64,000 bases of DNA, taken from Takakia lepidozioides. Its lineage: Eukaryota; Plantae; Bryophyta. The stretch is taken from positions 32,054,001-32,118,000 of the forward strand of contig CM060731.1 of assembly GCA_030704615.1 (NCBI GenBank), given 5' to 3'. The notes under the pieces were generated by a model that was not told the origin of the DNA, did not search any database, and worked only from the letters and a program-made list of their open reading frames with translations. Made by a program: the position numbers and the translations under genes. This document shows positions 25,013 to 38,681 of this stretch, in pieces (position 1 is the stretch's first letter; the number at the start of each line of letters is the position of its first letter).

Positions 25013-28000
25013 ATGAACAAGGTGGTGTGTCCAGAGTGTAAGAAGGCGACAGAGGTGGTGGTGGATCATGCTGCAGGGGACATGGTATGTGCGGAGTGCG
25101 GGCTGGTGCTGGAGGCCCACTCAATTGATGAGACTTCAGAGTGGAGAACGTTTTCGGATTCCACCTCCAGCGACCCTGTGCGTGTCGGTGGTCCGTCCAA
25201 CCCTTTGTTGACGGATGGGGGCCTTTCCACCATCATCACGAAGCCCAATGGAGCACAGGGGGATTTCATGTCGTCGCTGGGGCGGTGGCAAAACAGGGGA
25301 TCTAATCCGGATCGCTCGCTGATCATTGCCTTCCGCTCAATTGGGACCATGGCGGATAGGTGAATTATTTTGCTGTGAAGTTTAGGTGGAATCTTGCTGC
25401 AATATCTGCAATTTCTGTGCACTTTAGCCAACAACTTGCGAGGAGATGAGCGAGTATATGAGTTAGGGTTCAGAATAGGGTTTGTCACCTTGGCTAAGAA
25501 ATTGGTTCTACTGCTCACAGAACGGATGCGGTACATGTATGGATTTTGGGTTTCAATTGACCCACATCTTGTTCTGATGTGTTGGGCATTGCAGGCTGGG
25601 ACTGGTCTCTACGATTAAGGTGAGCAGGTCTTTGCAATTTTCCTGCCCACTTGTTGGTCCCATACGGCTGGAGTTACACTTCCCTTGAATGACCAGATGA
25701 AAGTATAGTCTCTGAAAGGCAGCATATGTTATCCAATAGAAAGGGTGGTGCTTATGCGTCCCTCTGCTTTGGTGTGAAGGACCGAGCTAATGAGATCTAC
25801 AAGAAGGTGGAGGATCTCAAGTCTATTCGTGGTCGAAGTCAGGATGCCATCTTGGCCGCCTGCCTCTACATCGCATGCCGCCAGGAGGATAAGCCCCGCA
25901 CTTTTAAAGGTTTCCAACTGTGCTCTCTCTCCCTCTTTCTCTCCCCACCTTTCTGCTCCCATGAATTTGGGTGTGAATCCTATGGCCGCAAGCACTGGCT
26001 GTTGTTGTGTCCCCCACTATCCATCTCCTGTGCAACCTTTGTAGGCCACCAGGGGGTTCCGAAATTGCCTCTACTTAGTTATTCATGAATTCTATTTCCG
26101 CAAATAGTTGAGAGGAGGTGAAAACAGGGACGGACAGGGGCATGTGGGTCAGATATATGCACATTCCACGGAATGGCTTAGTGACAAACGTGCTGGACAG
26201 TATGTGGGGTGAAATTAAGACGGAACTGGTTGGGATGCAGAGATATGCTCAGTTGCGAATGGTGCATCAAAGAAGGAGATTGGACGCGCCACCAAGTTCA
26301 TAGTGAAGCAATTAGAGGAGGAGATGGGGATGTCGATGGAGATGGGAACTATTCATGCTGGTGACTTTTTGGTAAGTCTTCTGTTTAAATTTGTCAATTA
26401 TGGTGGTCATTTTGTAGCTTGCTTCCAGGTGCAGTTCACGGTTCAGTTCAGTACCTTGCCGGTTGGGAATCCTGAGCCCCGGGTAGTGCCTGTGCATTAT
26501 CCTTGGCTTGGAGAGCTCATCTACCTGGTAAAATGACTTAGCAGCATCAAGACAGTAGATTTTCTATATCAGTGCATACCTGTCTCAAGCGAGGTGGTTC
26601 TTGCCAATCCGCGCAAATGAAAAATATGTCAACTCTGTCATCTTGTAACCAGCACCGAAGGTGGCAGCATGGAAACCCACAATGGGAACTAAAAGCTTGA
26701 GCCCAAATGGTGAGAGGATGGCATCAACATTGAGAGCCAGGGGTGACCCTATGCAACAACAGGTCACTAGTACAGATAAAAATGGCAAGAAAGGCTGGAT
26801 TTGTATTGAAACAGGAGCTGCAAACGTGCAAAACATTTGGACCACTTTGTTTATGTCCAACTTTTGTATCAGACAAACCAATGAATGCAGCAAAAAGGAA
26901 GACACCCCTCACAGTTTGGAATAAAATTTCTCTTATCTTCCTTTGCCTGATCGCCAACAAGGCTGTCGGTATTTGATTGCACTGTGTTCATGTCTGGTGT
27001 CTCCTCTCTTCCAGTCACTCTCCTCCTTACTCTGCATACAGCTGTCTCACAATCTCTGAATGGTGCAGAGGCGGTTTTGTTCACATCTTGGCATGGGCAA
27101 TACAGCGGTGAGAGCTGCCACGGAGACAGTGAAGAAATCTGAGATGCTTGATATCCGGTACATTTCCTCATCAGTTAGTCAATATTTTTCTCCATGGCTG
27201 GATTTATAACAAGTCAATCGTGCCTCGAGACCCTTTGGGCCCCAATTAAGATAACCCATGGCACATAGTGTAACGTTTAACTGTATGGTGGAGGAAGAGA
27301 GTCGCTGTACCTTTAGTGTCCTAGAAGAAGACTTTCGGTAATGGCATTATGTGGTCACCCTAAGCTCCAGTTGCAACCCTTTCGACAATAACCAATCTCC
27401 TTGTTACGTCTGGCTGAGTTCTGTATAAGATTAAGATCAAAAGGTTTGGTTTTAAGGCAGAAAATGGCAGGCCATGTTGTTTAGGAAGTTTTATCAGCCT
27501 GTCTGTCAATTTCATAGAGCACTCCCAGATTTTACAGTGTATAGTTCCATGTCAAAAATGTAGGATTTTCTTCAATAGAATTGCTCCTTTGGCCAGCTTT
27601 ACTAAAGATCTTGACTTGTGGAGATCAGGGTTTGAACTTCATACGTTTGACATTGGTTTATACGATTTGGTCTGTGCAGAAAGAGTCCTATATCAGTGGC
27701 AGCTGCAGCGATCTACATGATTTCGCAGCTCTCTGATGACAAGAAGGCTTTGAAAGGTGCCGATACTATCCTTGGTTTGAACATTGCATTGTTCTACACA
27801 TGTCCCATAAACTCTGGGATTGGAGGAAAAAGGGTGAGAGTGCAAGCAGATGTGTTGCATTTGGAGTAGGAATGCTACCTTAAGGAAGTCCTGTAGTGAA
27901 CAAAGTTTGTTTGGCTACTTAGCTTCACATCTGACCAAGGAGATTGGTGGATGACAGATATATCAAGGGTGGCAGGTGTGGCAGAGGTGACCATCAGGAA

Positions 28001-28091
28001 CTCATATAAGGACTTATACCCACATGCTGCAAAGCTTGTACCAGAGTGGTTTGCAAAGGAGGCCGACTTGAAAACGCTTTGTGCCCCGTAG
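25013..28091 (+). CDS. TFIIB: Transcription initiation factor IIB
   Basis: Zn ribbon [16 protein letters not shown]-reader [14 protein letters not shown], cyclin folds ([53 protein letters not shown]); stop TAG 28089-28091. Confidence 0.97.
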
Positions 28092-30194
28092 AGTGGCTCG
28101 TTGACGGTCCCATTCCAAGAGAGGATGTTAGTAATTGCGGAACATCGACAGTGGCAAACAAGTAAGCACGATGTGGATCCTGTTCTGGTGTGGGGAAAGA
28201 AGATAGTTGACATTGGTTCTCAAACTCTCTCTCTGGGCTGATCACTCCATATTCCTTGGTTGCAAGTGGCATATGGCCCTGTAATTCATATTTAAGCTTG
28301 GAGCAGCTTAGTGGTACCATTGGCTCAAGTTCCAAAGCTGCAAGATTTCGTGCCAACCAATAAGGTTTAGACTAGAAAACTTGAGGCATACCCTCCAATT
28401 TCGTAGCCTGCCCTCGTCTTCTGTAACCAAGAAGCTGCTCACATGCGGCTCTTCAATAGGCAGGGTTGCATGAGAAGAAGGGCCCTGCCTTCAACCCAAA
28501 ATCTGGTGGTGGGCTTGATGGATTGTAAGTGTCAAAAAGACAGGAGGTGCAGACAGTGTGACACATGTTACCACACGCTGTGGTTGTGTTACAATGCTGC
28601 GATTCAATGTGTAGATTTCTTGGTATGAGTGTGTAGATCTAGCTAGTACTGTGAGCTTCTAATTGCAAACATCTTGAGGCTTATGTTGTTCTGTTAACCT
28701 TGATAAACCAAGGCGTTCTTTTCAGCTGCATTTTGAAGTCAACACATGGTTGTTTTGCCCCAGCTCGTGTAATTTGATTGTGTAACTTGCTTCAGCAGGA
28801 GGGTCAAAATAGATGCTACCCAAAAAATACTGGTCAATTGAATGTTATATACTACACACCAGAGCTCTTTCAAATCTCTCACAACTTTTGGGTCTGTCTG
28901 TTCTGGTTCCACTTGACATGCGGTTCTTCAAAGGTCACAGCAGTGAAAGTGATTAGGCTATCTGTCCATGATCAAAGGGGAAGAAGAATGCAGTATGTAT
29001 AAACCTTGGACTCTATCCTACAGTTGAAGTCAAATGAGTGACAAGTTTAGCCAGCTTGGAAGGTTTCAAAAAGAACTTGGCCACCGCCCTGCAGCAAGTA
29101 CCCTGAATTCCATGAGAGTTGAACACTCCGTAGGTAACACCATTTGAGATTGAAATGAACGAAATTGAAAATCGATAGGCTGTTCGAAAGTAAAGGAGGC
29201 GGTGTGCACAACTTCCTTGAAATGCGATAGACTTCCAAGAGTCTGCTCACGATCTCACTGTGCCCATTGAAGGAATGTAAAGGACTGTGGCTTCAAGTAG
29301 TAGACAAAGGGAAAATATTCTAGTTGACAAACAGCTTTCCGAGTGAGGAATCGCAATGTGCCTGATGTCAGGCATCTCGGAGTTGTGAATGCAAAAACCG
29401 AAATGATTAGGCCGCGGGCTACAATATGCCTGACGATGCAACTCCTGGGGATGCAAACCCAGGTGGCTCTACACTTGCAGATCCTGGTGAGCTGGGCTCA
29501 TACTACTCAATGCAGCGGAAATGAACTCTTCTACATTTCTATGCTCAATTGCGTCGAGCTTTTGAAAGAGGGTCCGAAAGTCGAGACCTGATACTCTGAT
29601 CAATTCTCACTGGTTATTTGTTGCCGGTCCCTAAGATTTTCACACCTCATGTTTAAAGTTCTGTTCACATCGACGGGAAGGTTTGGCACGATTGTTCTGA
29701 GAGAGAGTTGAGAGAGAGAGAGAGAGGGTCAGGGTGCCATTTTGGCTGCCCGCTTCATGGCTCGCCGCCGCCAGGAGTAGTTGCGTATAAATTGACGATG
29801 AGTCATGTCATTTCATGTCCCTCGAAAGAACTTACCTACTTGAATGCTCACGGCTGTAACACTCAGACGGTGGCCTATGTGGTTGCGTCCGTCCAGCTGC
29901 GTGCAATCCTTGGTCCCTACAAGGGGCTCGGGAGTACCCCAAGCACTTGCCCTCTCTCCGGCCATATATGTGAATCTGCTATAGAACGTATCTTAGTATT
30001 TATCATTGACATTGATGCTAATGGAGATGGAGAAACGGAATGCCATAAGCTGCACGGTATGGTTCCTGAAGAGCAGAGACTTTTTGTCCCTCCCCCTCCC
30101 GTCCATGCACGTTACAACGAGAGTCTCTTTCAACCCCAAGGCACTTCCTTTACAATCCTATTTTGGCATTCCACCACGACTTCACTCACTTTTC

Positions 30195-30911
30195 CAGTGT
30201 TGGGCGGTTCTCTGGATTTGGGTGAAAGAACCGCAGGTTCCGGACCCGGGTATATACCCCTTAACCTCGGGTATTAAAATTTCAAATACCCTGGTCAATA
30301 TTGAACCGGCGGATACCAAAATCTATTTACCGGTGAACTTCACCAAACCAGTGGTTCTCTAATAGCTAGTATCCATAAGAACCTGACCTGCTAGTTGGAA
30401 TGAGAGGGGAGGGTAAGGGTAACTGCACCCGACACATACCCTGGGTATAAGGGCGGTTATCTAAGGTTAGCATGGAAGCCTTGAGGAAGAAGAAGGGTAG
30501 TGAAAATGCTAGAACTGAATGCCAACAGGCCAAGAGTGCAATCTAGAGGAAGTTTAGTGTTAGTTGTGCTAGAAAATGAGCTTAATTATTGACAATTGTG
30601 GCCATCTCATACAAGCACATTTTTTATTTATTCTGTCCATAATAACTTTTGAACTCAGAACCGGGTCATCTCTCGGTTCTCCATACGGTTCTCTACCCAT
30701 ATACCCGAGCACCGGGTTTGGCGGATAATTGCATTAAAGAACCGATATAAAACATACCCGTGTAAATGTAACTCAGAGATATACCCTGCACCGCAGGTTC
30801 TCTAACTGTCCATGTTTTTAAGTACGCAGCCCGGAGGTTCTCTATTTACCTTCCACAAGATAGAACCTACCCTGCAGGTTCTACCCAAAACCAGAGAACC
30901 GCCCAACACTG
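30195..30911. mobile_element. hAT-type non-autonomous element (717 bp)
   Basis: Perfect 21-bp TIR CAGTGTTGGGCGGTTCTCTGG / CCAGAGAACCGCCCAACACTG. 8-bp TSD CACTTTTC (30187-30194, 30912-30919). GAACC/ATACCC subterminal repeats. Confidence 0.93.
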
Positions 30912-31713
30912 CACTTTTCCTTCTCGCATCGAACATCTTCGCCAACCAATTTGTTGCTCAAGCTCAAGACAGTTCTACGGCGAAAGACTGGCATCTGCTT
31001 TATCAAAATATGGACCTCTGCACCTTTCATGAGGTGTCATGCCTAGCTTGTTGGTCCTTGTACAGGGAAGCTTTGCTACCCATTGTACATTTGGTAGTCA
31101 ATACAAATTGTTCAAACAGAAGATGCGAAATCTATGAAACATCAGTCGAAGCTTGTGCTCACATGTGGCACAATCGACAGGTAACCTTCTCCATATAATA
31201 TGTGCAACAAGTGTGCTATGTGACAAGCTTTGGACAAACTTTTACCTACAGTGAGACAATCTGAGACCAGCCAGTGTACCACAAGTGCCCAAAGCAAATG
31301 TCCCTTCCACCAGTCCCACTTTATACCAGTGGAGCCAGATCTTCCTCTCCTTGCCAACTTTGAGGATCAAACACGTACTGCCTTTGGAAGCCATCCCCGA
31401 TCAAAGTTGGTTCAACCCGCACTCCATGCTTTACATGTTGTGACTTCATGGCAGACCCAGTGATGTCAGATTTTTCAGTTGCAAATAGGTCTTCAGGAAA
31501 CTCTAGAGTTGAAGCCAATTTCACGCGAATCAGTGAGCTCCAATCTCTCTACTACTCCCCTTCCTCGTTTGCTACTGGAGGTAAAGGAAAGTATCTTGTG
31601 TACTTTCCTCCAACATCTGTCTCTTCCTCTCTCCCACCGGAGCACATAGTCTCTGGTCATGGGGCAACTCAAAACAAAGCACTAGACATCTTAGTCGACC
31701 CTCTTTGTGCCTC

Positions 31714-34700
31714 CTACAAGTAAAGGGATAGTGATGAAGCTCCAACTGCCACAATGATAAAGAGTAGCACACTTGTCCCCACCCTCAGAGCAGGACTGCT
31801 ATTGGGCAGTGTGGGATAATTCTGAGGATCAGGAAGCACACAATCATCCCCGTTGAAGTAAATACGATGAGGAAAGGCCCACCCATTGCTAAATGTAAAC
31901 GACGGGTCCTTTTTAAATAAAATTTCTGATTGGACATTTCCGTCCCGGCCAGCCTGTATGAGCATGTCATTAAAATACTTGACACCCCAAAAAAGAGCAG
32001 AGTCATCTGCACAACCAAACAGACAACATATGTTAGATGGACTAGGTAATTCACAACTGCGAAAGTTCCGCTCCACCTCACTCTCAAGCTGTCAGTCTCA
32101 GTCTTGCATGGACACTATCAACACACAACAACCACATCAGTAGAAATAGGGCAGTATCAAACCTACGACATGCATTGGGATACCTCACCAATCAAGTTTG
32201 CTATGTTCCATGGCTGTGAATAAAAACACGTAGTAGTCCCCACTTCAGTTGGAGACAGCCTTGCATAGTGAGAACACCCAGACGCCATTTTCCAAACCCC
32301 TACTCTTGAACTAGGTCCAGGATTTTACTATGAAAGGGACCAGTTGTTGACTCCAAATCCGTAAATTGATCATGTCCACCCACATATCTGCAGAGATGAA
32401 ATGAATGAACACTCCTATGATCTGTTTGTAAATGAAATCAGCTTCTGATACTTACTGCTATAAGACCCATAGGGATTTAAAGCCTGGTAGTTGAAGCTGA
32501 AAGCCTCTGTGAAATTACTGAAGTTCGGATGTTGAGCAACCACATTCCATTGTGAGAAATTCCTTGAAAAATCACGATTGGTGATGGTGATCTTCACTCG
32601 CCAGTACTCTTTATAGTTGGTCTTCACATGCCAATGAATTTTTACAGGGCACATATCCTGGGTGCAATAGAGAGTGTCAGGGGTATTTTGAGTGCTATCA
32701 GCTCCAGTGCTTATTGCAGGGATATCAGTATATCGTGTATTCCTGAAAAATCACATATAGCACATTTATAGAGTCAGAAGATTGTACTCATAAGACGTTT
32801 GCCGTAGCCTTTTATAGAGTCAGAAGAGAGAGACAGAGACCTAGAAATTTGGTGAGTGCCCAAGGAAGCCCAAAGCTCACAGGAGTGTTGACCAAAGTGT
32901 GAGTCTCAACAATAGGCCAAGATATTAGTATAAAAAAAGGGTGTCAATTGCTTCCTGATGACAACTGACTCCCAAAGGTGAAATGGCCAAACAATTTTGA
33001 TCTTCAAAACTGATACCTCACACAGAATCACAACCCATTATGCATCATCACTGCGTTGTATGACTAGTACTTCCTGGAGCTCCCATATCCCACAGTGTCC
33101 TAGTGGAATGCTGCTGAAAGTGTTGTTAAGTAGCCCGCGGCATGGACCACATATAAATTCTCAAAGAAGTCTCTTTACAACCTCACACTTCAACCTGACT
33201 ATGAAAAGAAGATGGGCTGACAAATATCACTACCCTAGCATACTACTTGATAACTGATGGGCTTCATCCAACCACATGACATCACTTGTTGTGGCAGACT
33301 CTTGAAGACGGGCCTTTTGATGTTTATCCACAAATCTCCAACAGCAACAGCAGAAGCAGGAAATGTCTATGTTATACAAGAGAAGATCATCGAGGCTGGA
33401 AGTCTTACGGATCCACACAGGTCTGATCGTTGCCATCAGAGGTCGAGAGAACAGTAGAGTTGGATGGACAGGCGCATGCACAATCCGCACAAGGAACAAT
33501 CGTTGAATTGTAGAATGTTGACAAGGATACACAACATGTTGGGGCCTTCTGCGCCAAGTACTGTGAGTAGGTGCACGTTACATTCCATGTCACTGCATGG
33601 ACACAGGCAGAGATGCAAATTTAGATCACCTTTACCAGCCTCCTCTTCTACAATGCAAATTACAGCCATGGTGTGGCAATTGACAACTCTTCATCTCATA
33701 ACATATAAAATAATGTCGCACCCAAACTTTCTATATGCAACAGCAGGTGGCACACAGTATTTGATCTGAGGGCATGGCAAACTGATACCGTTTCCACAAA
33801 CTCATTACAATTGAGCACATAGAAAGCACGATGAATCCAGGCAGAAAACGGATAAGTGGGAACGTCCTTCAGTAAAACTAGACTACGACCCCAAAACCCT
33901 GACTATATTTAGGCGAGGGACAGGAACGCACTTAAGGCTTCAGTGAATCTTCTCTTGTCTGTTGAAGGGAACAAGCTCGATTTCACTTTTGTTGCGGGAC
34001 CGCAGGTGTACCCAGGCCCTGGTGTTTGTAGGGTAAAGTTCTTTGGAAGGACGACGGTGGTATTGGTAGTCCCCGACTGTCCGACCGTTATTTGAAAAGC
34101 AGATAATGCAGTCAATGGATCTTGGGCGTAAGCCGATATCACCCCGCCTCTACAGCAGTTTGCAACTTGTTGATTGTAAGCAACACCTGGTAGCAGGTCA
34201 ATAACGGTAGGCTTAGGAGAACAGCAGTGAGGCAAAGGGCTGGTGTGGAAAGCAGAGCAATCGCCCTGTTGCGTAGTTTGTGCACCAACCATGCTCCAGA
34301 CAATCTCTTTTTTAGCCCAGGTCCAGCCTAACCGCCAGCCAGGAGCTGTGATGTGGCGGTATTGCTGCCAGTTGAACATTGTAACCTGAGCCTGCACAGA
34401 CGATACCAACCATTGCTCGGGATTATGATAGCCGAACTGCCAGGGTGCATCCGCCCCAACCAGCTCACGAGAAGGACACAGAACGACTCCTTGCGGAGCC
34501 AGAGGAGGAAATGTAGATATTCAGCATCTATCGACCTACCTACCGCTGGAAGGTAACACCGTCCAACTGACTAGGTGAACGATCACCAAAAAGCCAAACT
34601 TTGGACCATGAGAATGTTTCCTGCTCGCTCTCACTCAGCAGCCCCAGCAAAAGTGACACTAGAGACTCACCACCTTCAGGTTCGTCACGTCACGCAGTCA

Positions 34701-35202
34701 GAGTAATGAAAAGATTGCGCACACAAGTTTCCCACTTGGCGAATTTCTTGTCGTCTTCAGATATGTGCACATGTCTGGAAGTGGAGGAAGAGCTCATCTA
34801 CTCTAAGAATTGACATCAAAACCACCCAACATGAGAGTCGTTGGAATGAAAGAACATCGATCCATACCACGTAGCCATCGCCTGTCCATTGAATGACGTC
34901 CCATTTGATTGTAATGTTGCCGTTTGGATCCAAAGGATCGAACGCGTCTGCGCACAAGTCAGTCGGCAGGTTTAAAACGGACAGATCCTTTAGAGGTACA
35001 TTTGCCCATCAGTGCAAAACCGACAAAGCTCAAAAGGCAACACTCTTCCCAAGCGTACCCACAAACCAAACGCAATCCACCTCGCCAAGCCATCACCACG
35101 ACAGCCTCCAAAACCATTACAATCTCCAGCCTCACCTGCTTTCCGAAGCGCATAAAAGAGGACCACTGCCACTGCACAGCAATTCAAACACCAGGACTTC
35201 AT
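31714..35202 (-). CDS. COBL: COBRA-like GPI-anchored protein
   Basis: Signal peptide MKSWCLNCCAVAVVLFYALRKA|DAFDPLDPNGNITIKWDV, QYRHITAPGWRLGWTWAKKE, CCVS motif (TCCVSLSTFYN), MCPVKIHWHVKTNYKEYWRVK, GWAFPHRIYFNGDDC, hydrophobic GPI-type tail. Confidence 0.95.
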
Positions 35203-36756
35203 CGCGATGTTTCCACACACCCCTCCCGCCTTGCAAGTTTTTGTCACATTTCAAGGCAAACCAGAACTTTTCTTGAACATGGGGACGTGGCACTCTGCAA
35301 CAGCCTCACTCCTCCTCAGTCCCCAATCGCGCAACAGCCATCACCGCGACCAGCCAACCAAGTGGAGCCAGACTGGGAAAATCAGCGGCTCAGAACTAAG
35401 CATACATGAGATTCTAAGCTTCCTCTAAGCAATGGTAAGCACAATCAACTCTCTCCACAGGATCTACGGAACAATGCCCATCAAAACCACAACAACACAG
35501 GACCACCCCCTTCCAACTTTCCCCTGCAAACCTCGAGTAAACGATGCAAGCAAAACCCACAAGCTTTCCCTCACAACCCTCCTTTTCCTCTCCCCTACGA
35601 GACTAATAAAAGCGGAACACCCACCCCACTCCACTCCACTCCACTCCACCATAGATCTACAAGGCCAGCGACCAACAAGTAGTTGTGGGAGAATCCCTCG
35701 ATGCGAGACCAGACAACAACAGCAGCTAGCTGCTCTTGCGGCTGCCGGTAACTGCTTCAGGTCTCCACGTGTATTCCTCTCATTGACGGATGCCTGAAGG
35801 GATTTAGTAGCTGTCTAAGCAGGCACCAAACACGTCTGGGCGCTGCGGGATTAGCGCCCCTAATCTCCCATCCCCCGCCCACTTTAGCAAAGGGACTAAG
35901 CTACTCAACGTCTGCAGGTGCCCAGTTTGGGTGTCCTGTTCAGTGTGATCAAAGCTGCAGTAATGCTCCCACGTAATGCTGATGATGACGCTTATGATGG
36001 GCTCAGGTTCCCTCCTCTGCCATGTTCTTTTTACTCGGTTATACTAATTATCAATTATTATGTCGTGGGCCCATAGCAATTGGTGCCAAAGATTTCTAGA
36101 GGGGTGAATGGAAAGGTGTTCATGGAACCACCTCCTCTCATTTTGAAGGTGCCATTCCCTCCTGGGGGCGCTTGCTTCGGGGCGTTTGGGAGTGCCCATG
36201 GAACTCTAAGCCTCAACTGCTTTTAACGTACTTGTTTGAGGAATTTAAGATCTTCCTTAATCCACTGAGAGGATTCTCTTTGAAAGGAAACAACATGTAA
36301 CTTAAGATCTTTGAGTACTTCGACTGCCTCATCTCTTGGATGCATTGCTTGGATGCTCTTTTAGCAGGGAGTGTGGGAGGTTGACCTGGAGCGCCTGCAA
36401 GTGAGTGTGGGCCCTTTGGTCATTGACTCCTGAGGCAGGGCACTAATAATGTGAAGTGGGTCCTGCAGCAACTAACTAATTGAGCGCTGCCTAAATGCGC
36501 ACTACAAACACATCACCATCATTGCGCTCTCCTTCCTCGAATCTCTGCCCCAAACGCGCTCATCAGATCACCGTCTTCTTCCTCCCTCCCTCCCTCCATC
36601 CATGCAGCGCACATCAATCCAACAAGATTCCGGTGGAGTTGGGCTGTTTGATTCATCAGTCTTCACAGTTCACTAGTTTGAAGTTTGAACAACATTTTGG
36701 TTTTTCTTCTTTTGTGTCTAGGGATGTCATACACTTGTTGGATGTAATTTTCTCCG

Positions 36757-37212
36757 AACATTTTGTGGGTCGAAGGGGACGGGGAAAACAAGCATCCAAA
36801 TCACAAATGTGATGCGGAATTTGCGACGGGGATGGCATGATGGTAAGTATATATATTCAAATTCTGCAAACATTTTGCAGGTCGAGGGACGGAAAACAAG
36901 CATCCACATCAACGATGCGTGTGGGATTTGCGATGCGGACGATGCCGATGGCATGATGATAAGTATATGTATGCAAATTCTGCAAACATTTTGCGGGTCA
37001 AAGGACGGAAAACAAGCATCCAAATATGGAGGCGGGCGGGATTTGGCCCTTGATGGTTATTTTTTCCATCTTATGTATCTCCTTCCAATGAATAAACTTC
37101 CAGGGCCTCTGTACCCTGTTCTGGTTTTTTTTTTTTAAAATTTAAAAACCGCCAGCAAAACCCTCAAATTAGAAAGGGCCGATGATGCCGATGGCATGAT
37201 GATAAGTATATG
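36757..37212. repeat. Degenerate ~112-116 bp tandem repeat (about 2.4 units plus a partial copy at 37178-37212)
   Basis: AACATTTTG..GGTC..GGACGG..AAACAAGCATCCA at 36757, 36869 and 36985; GATGGCATGATG.TAAGTATAT three times. Confidence 0.8.
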
Positions 37213-38620
37213 CATTGCAAAGCAAGGAGGTGGGGGGACAGCAAAGCAGGAGTGTGGGCTGGCAATAGTCTGGCACTTTGCTTGTGTGTTACTGTAGTGT
37301 TGATGCCTCTTGTCCTTGCCCAAGTTTAACAATACTGTGGATGAATGTCTATATTAGAAGATTGTCCAAGAGCTGGCTGGCAACAGCTAAAGCTATGTGA
37401 ACGACTCAAATTTTCTTTTTCAAGCCGCACCCACCGACCAAGAAACCCAAATGCTGTATCATGTAGGTATGTGACGAAAAGGGATTTGAAAATTGGGTTG
37501 AATAAGGGGCCCAGGTTTGAAGGGGGGTGTGACTCAGGATTAGAGAGTCCCAATTTTCAGGGCCCCAAAAAAAAATGCAAACCCTAACATAATAAATTAA
37601 TAGAAGTAGAGGTAATGATGAATAAGCCTCCTAGTGTGAAGTTGGTCTATTTAGAGAAGAGAATATGACATATGACCCAGAAGAAGGGAGCAAATGCGCA
37701 TCCAAAATGCTTCATCTTGAGTTCGATTGTTTGCGATCCGGATATCTTTCTTCAATTAGCGTAGGGATAATTGTACTGAAAAATTATCTGCACCCAACAT
37801 TGTCGTCCATAATAATTTTTGTGAACAAGATGCCATTTTTTTTTAAAGATGCCATTCTGAATTAATTTGAGTAACAGGGCCTCTGTCCCCTTTCTTTAAA
37901 AATTTTAAATAAAAAAGAAAAAGAAAAGATGCCATTGTATCACCAACTCATGCATGTACATAACAACTGTACAGCCTGCTCTCTCTCTCATGACTTGGGG
38001 AAGACTTTTCAACAAAGAGCGAAAAGTTGGGTTCATGAGTCATGATAGAGTGCAGTGCTTTGACCATGCACCCAAGTGTGACAGTCCCTGACTCCAGTAT
38101 GTACAGTACAGTATGTTGGTTGCTCCCTTTTGGAAGCTTCGGTGTGGCAGAGTGATGCAGATGTGAGCAGTGCCAGCCCTTCTCAGGGACACTCCAAATC
38201 CTGCCTTTCCAAGCACCTCCCTTGTTGCAATCCTTGCCTCCTGCCTGTTGTTTGCATTGTCAGGAAGATGGACCAACGTTTGGAGCAAGTCAGTACACCA
38301 TCAGCTTAAATCTACTTGTCTTGCAAAACCACTCTTCTAAAAAAATAAAAAAATAAAAATAAAACTTACTAAAATAAGAAATATCACTTTGTGACACCCC
38401 CAGTGGTTTGGGGCTCGAATCCTGTTACCTTGCCCTGTCTGCTGGCCGGTTGGTCTGTAAAAGGGCCGGAATTGTACAGGAAAAGGAAAAAGAAAAGAAG
38501 TGTGTTGTTAATTATAGAACACTATGAATATAGAACACTATGAATACAGAAAAATGAAAAAATCCCTGAACCTACCCATGGAGCCCTACTATCAGCATCA
38601 GTACAAGGGTTGGGGGGGGG

Positions 38621-38681
38621 AGGGTGTCCCAGATTTGAACCCGAAACCACCCAATTGTGCTCTATCCCACTGAGCTACCCT
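38621..38681 (-). mobile_element. tRNA-like/SINE head remnant
   Basis: A-box TAGCTCAGTGG, D-arm GCTC..GAGC, B-box GGTTCAAATC, AGGGT..ACCCT ends; anticodon arm too short for a real tRNA. Confidence 0.5.

Noticed and set aside
29040-30190. ORFs including 29708-30277 (189 aa)
   Set aside because: No recognisable domain in any frame; the ORF runs into the hAT element.
38621-38681. Functional tRNA gene
   Set aside because: About 61 nt with no proper anticodon stem-loop.
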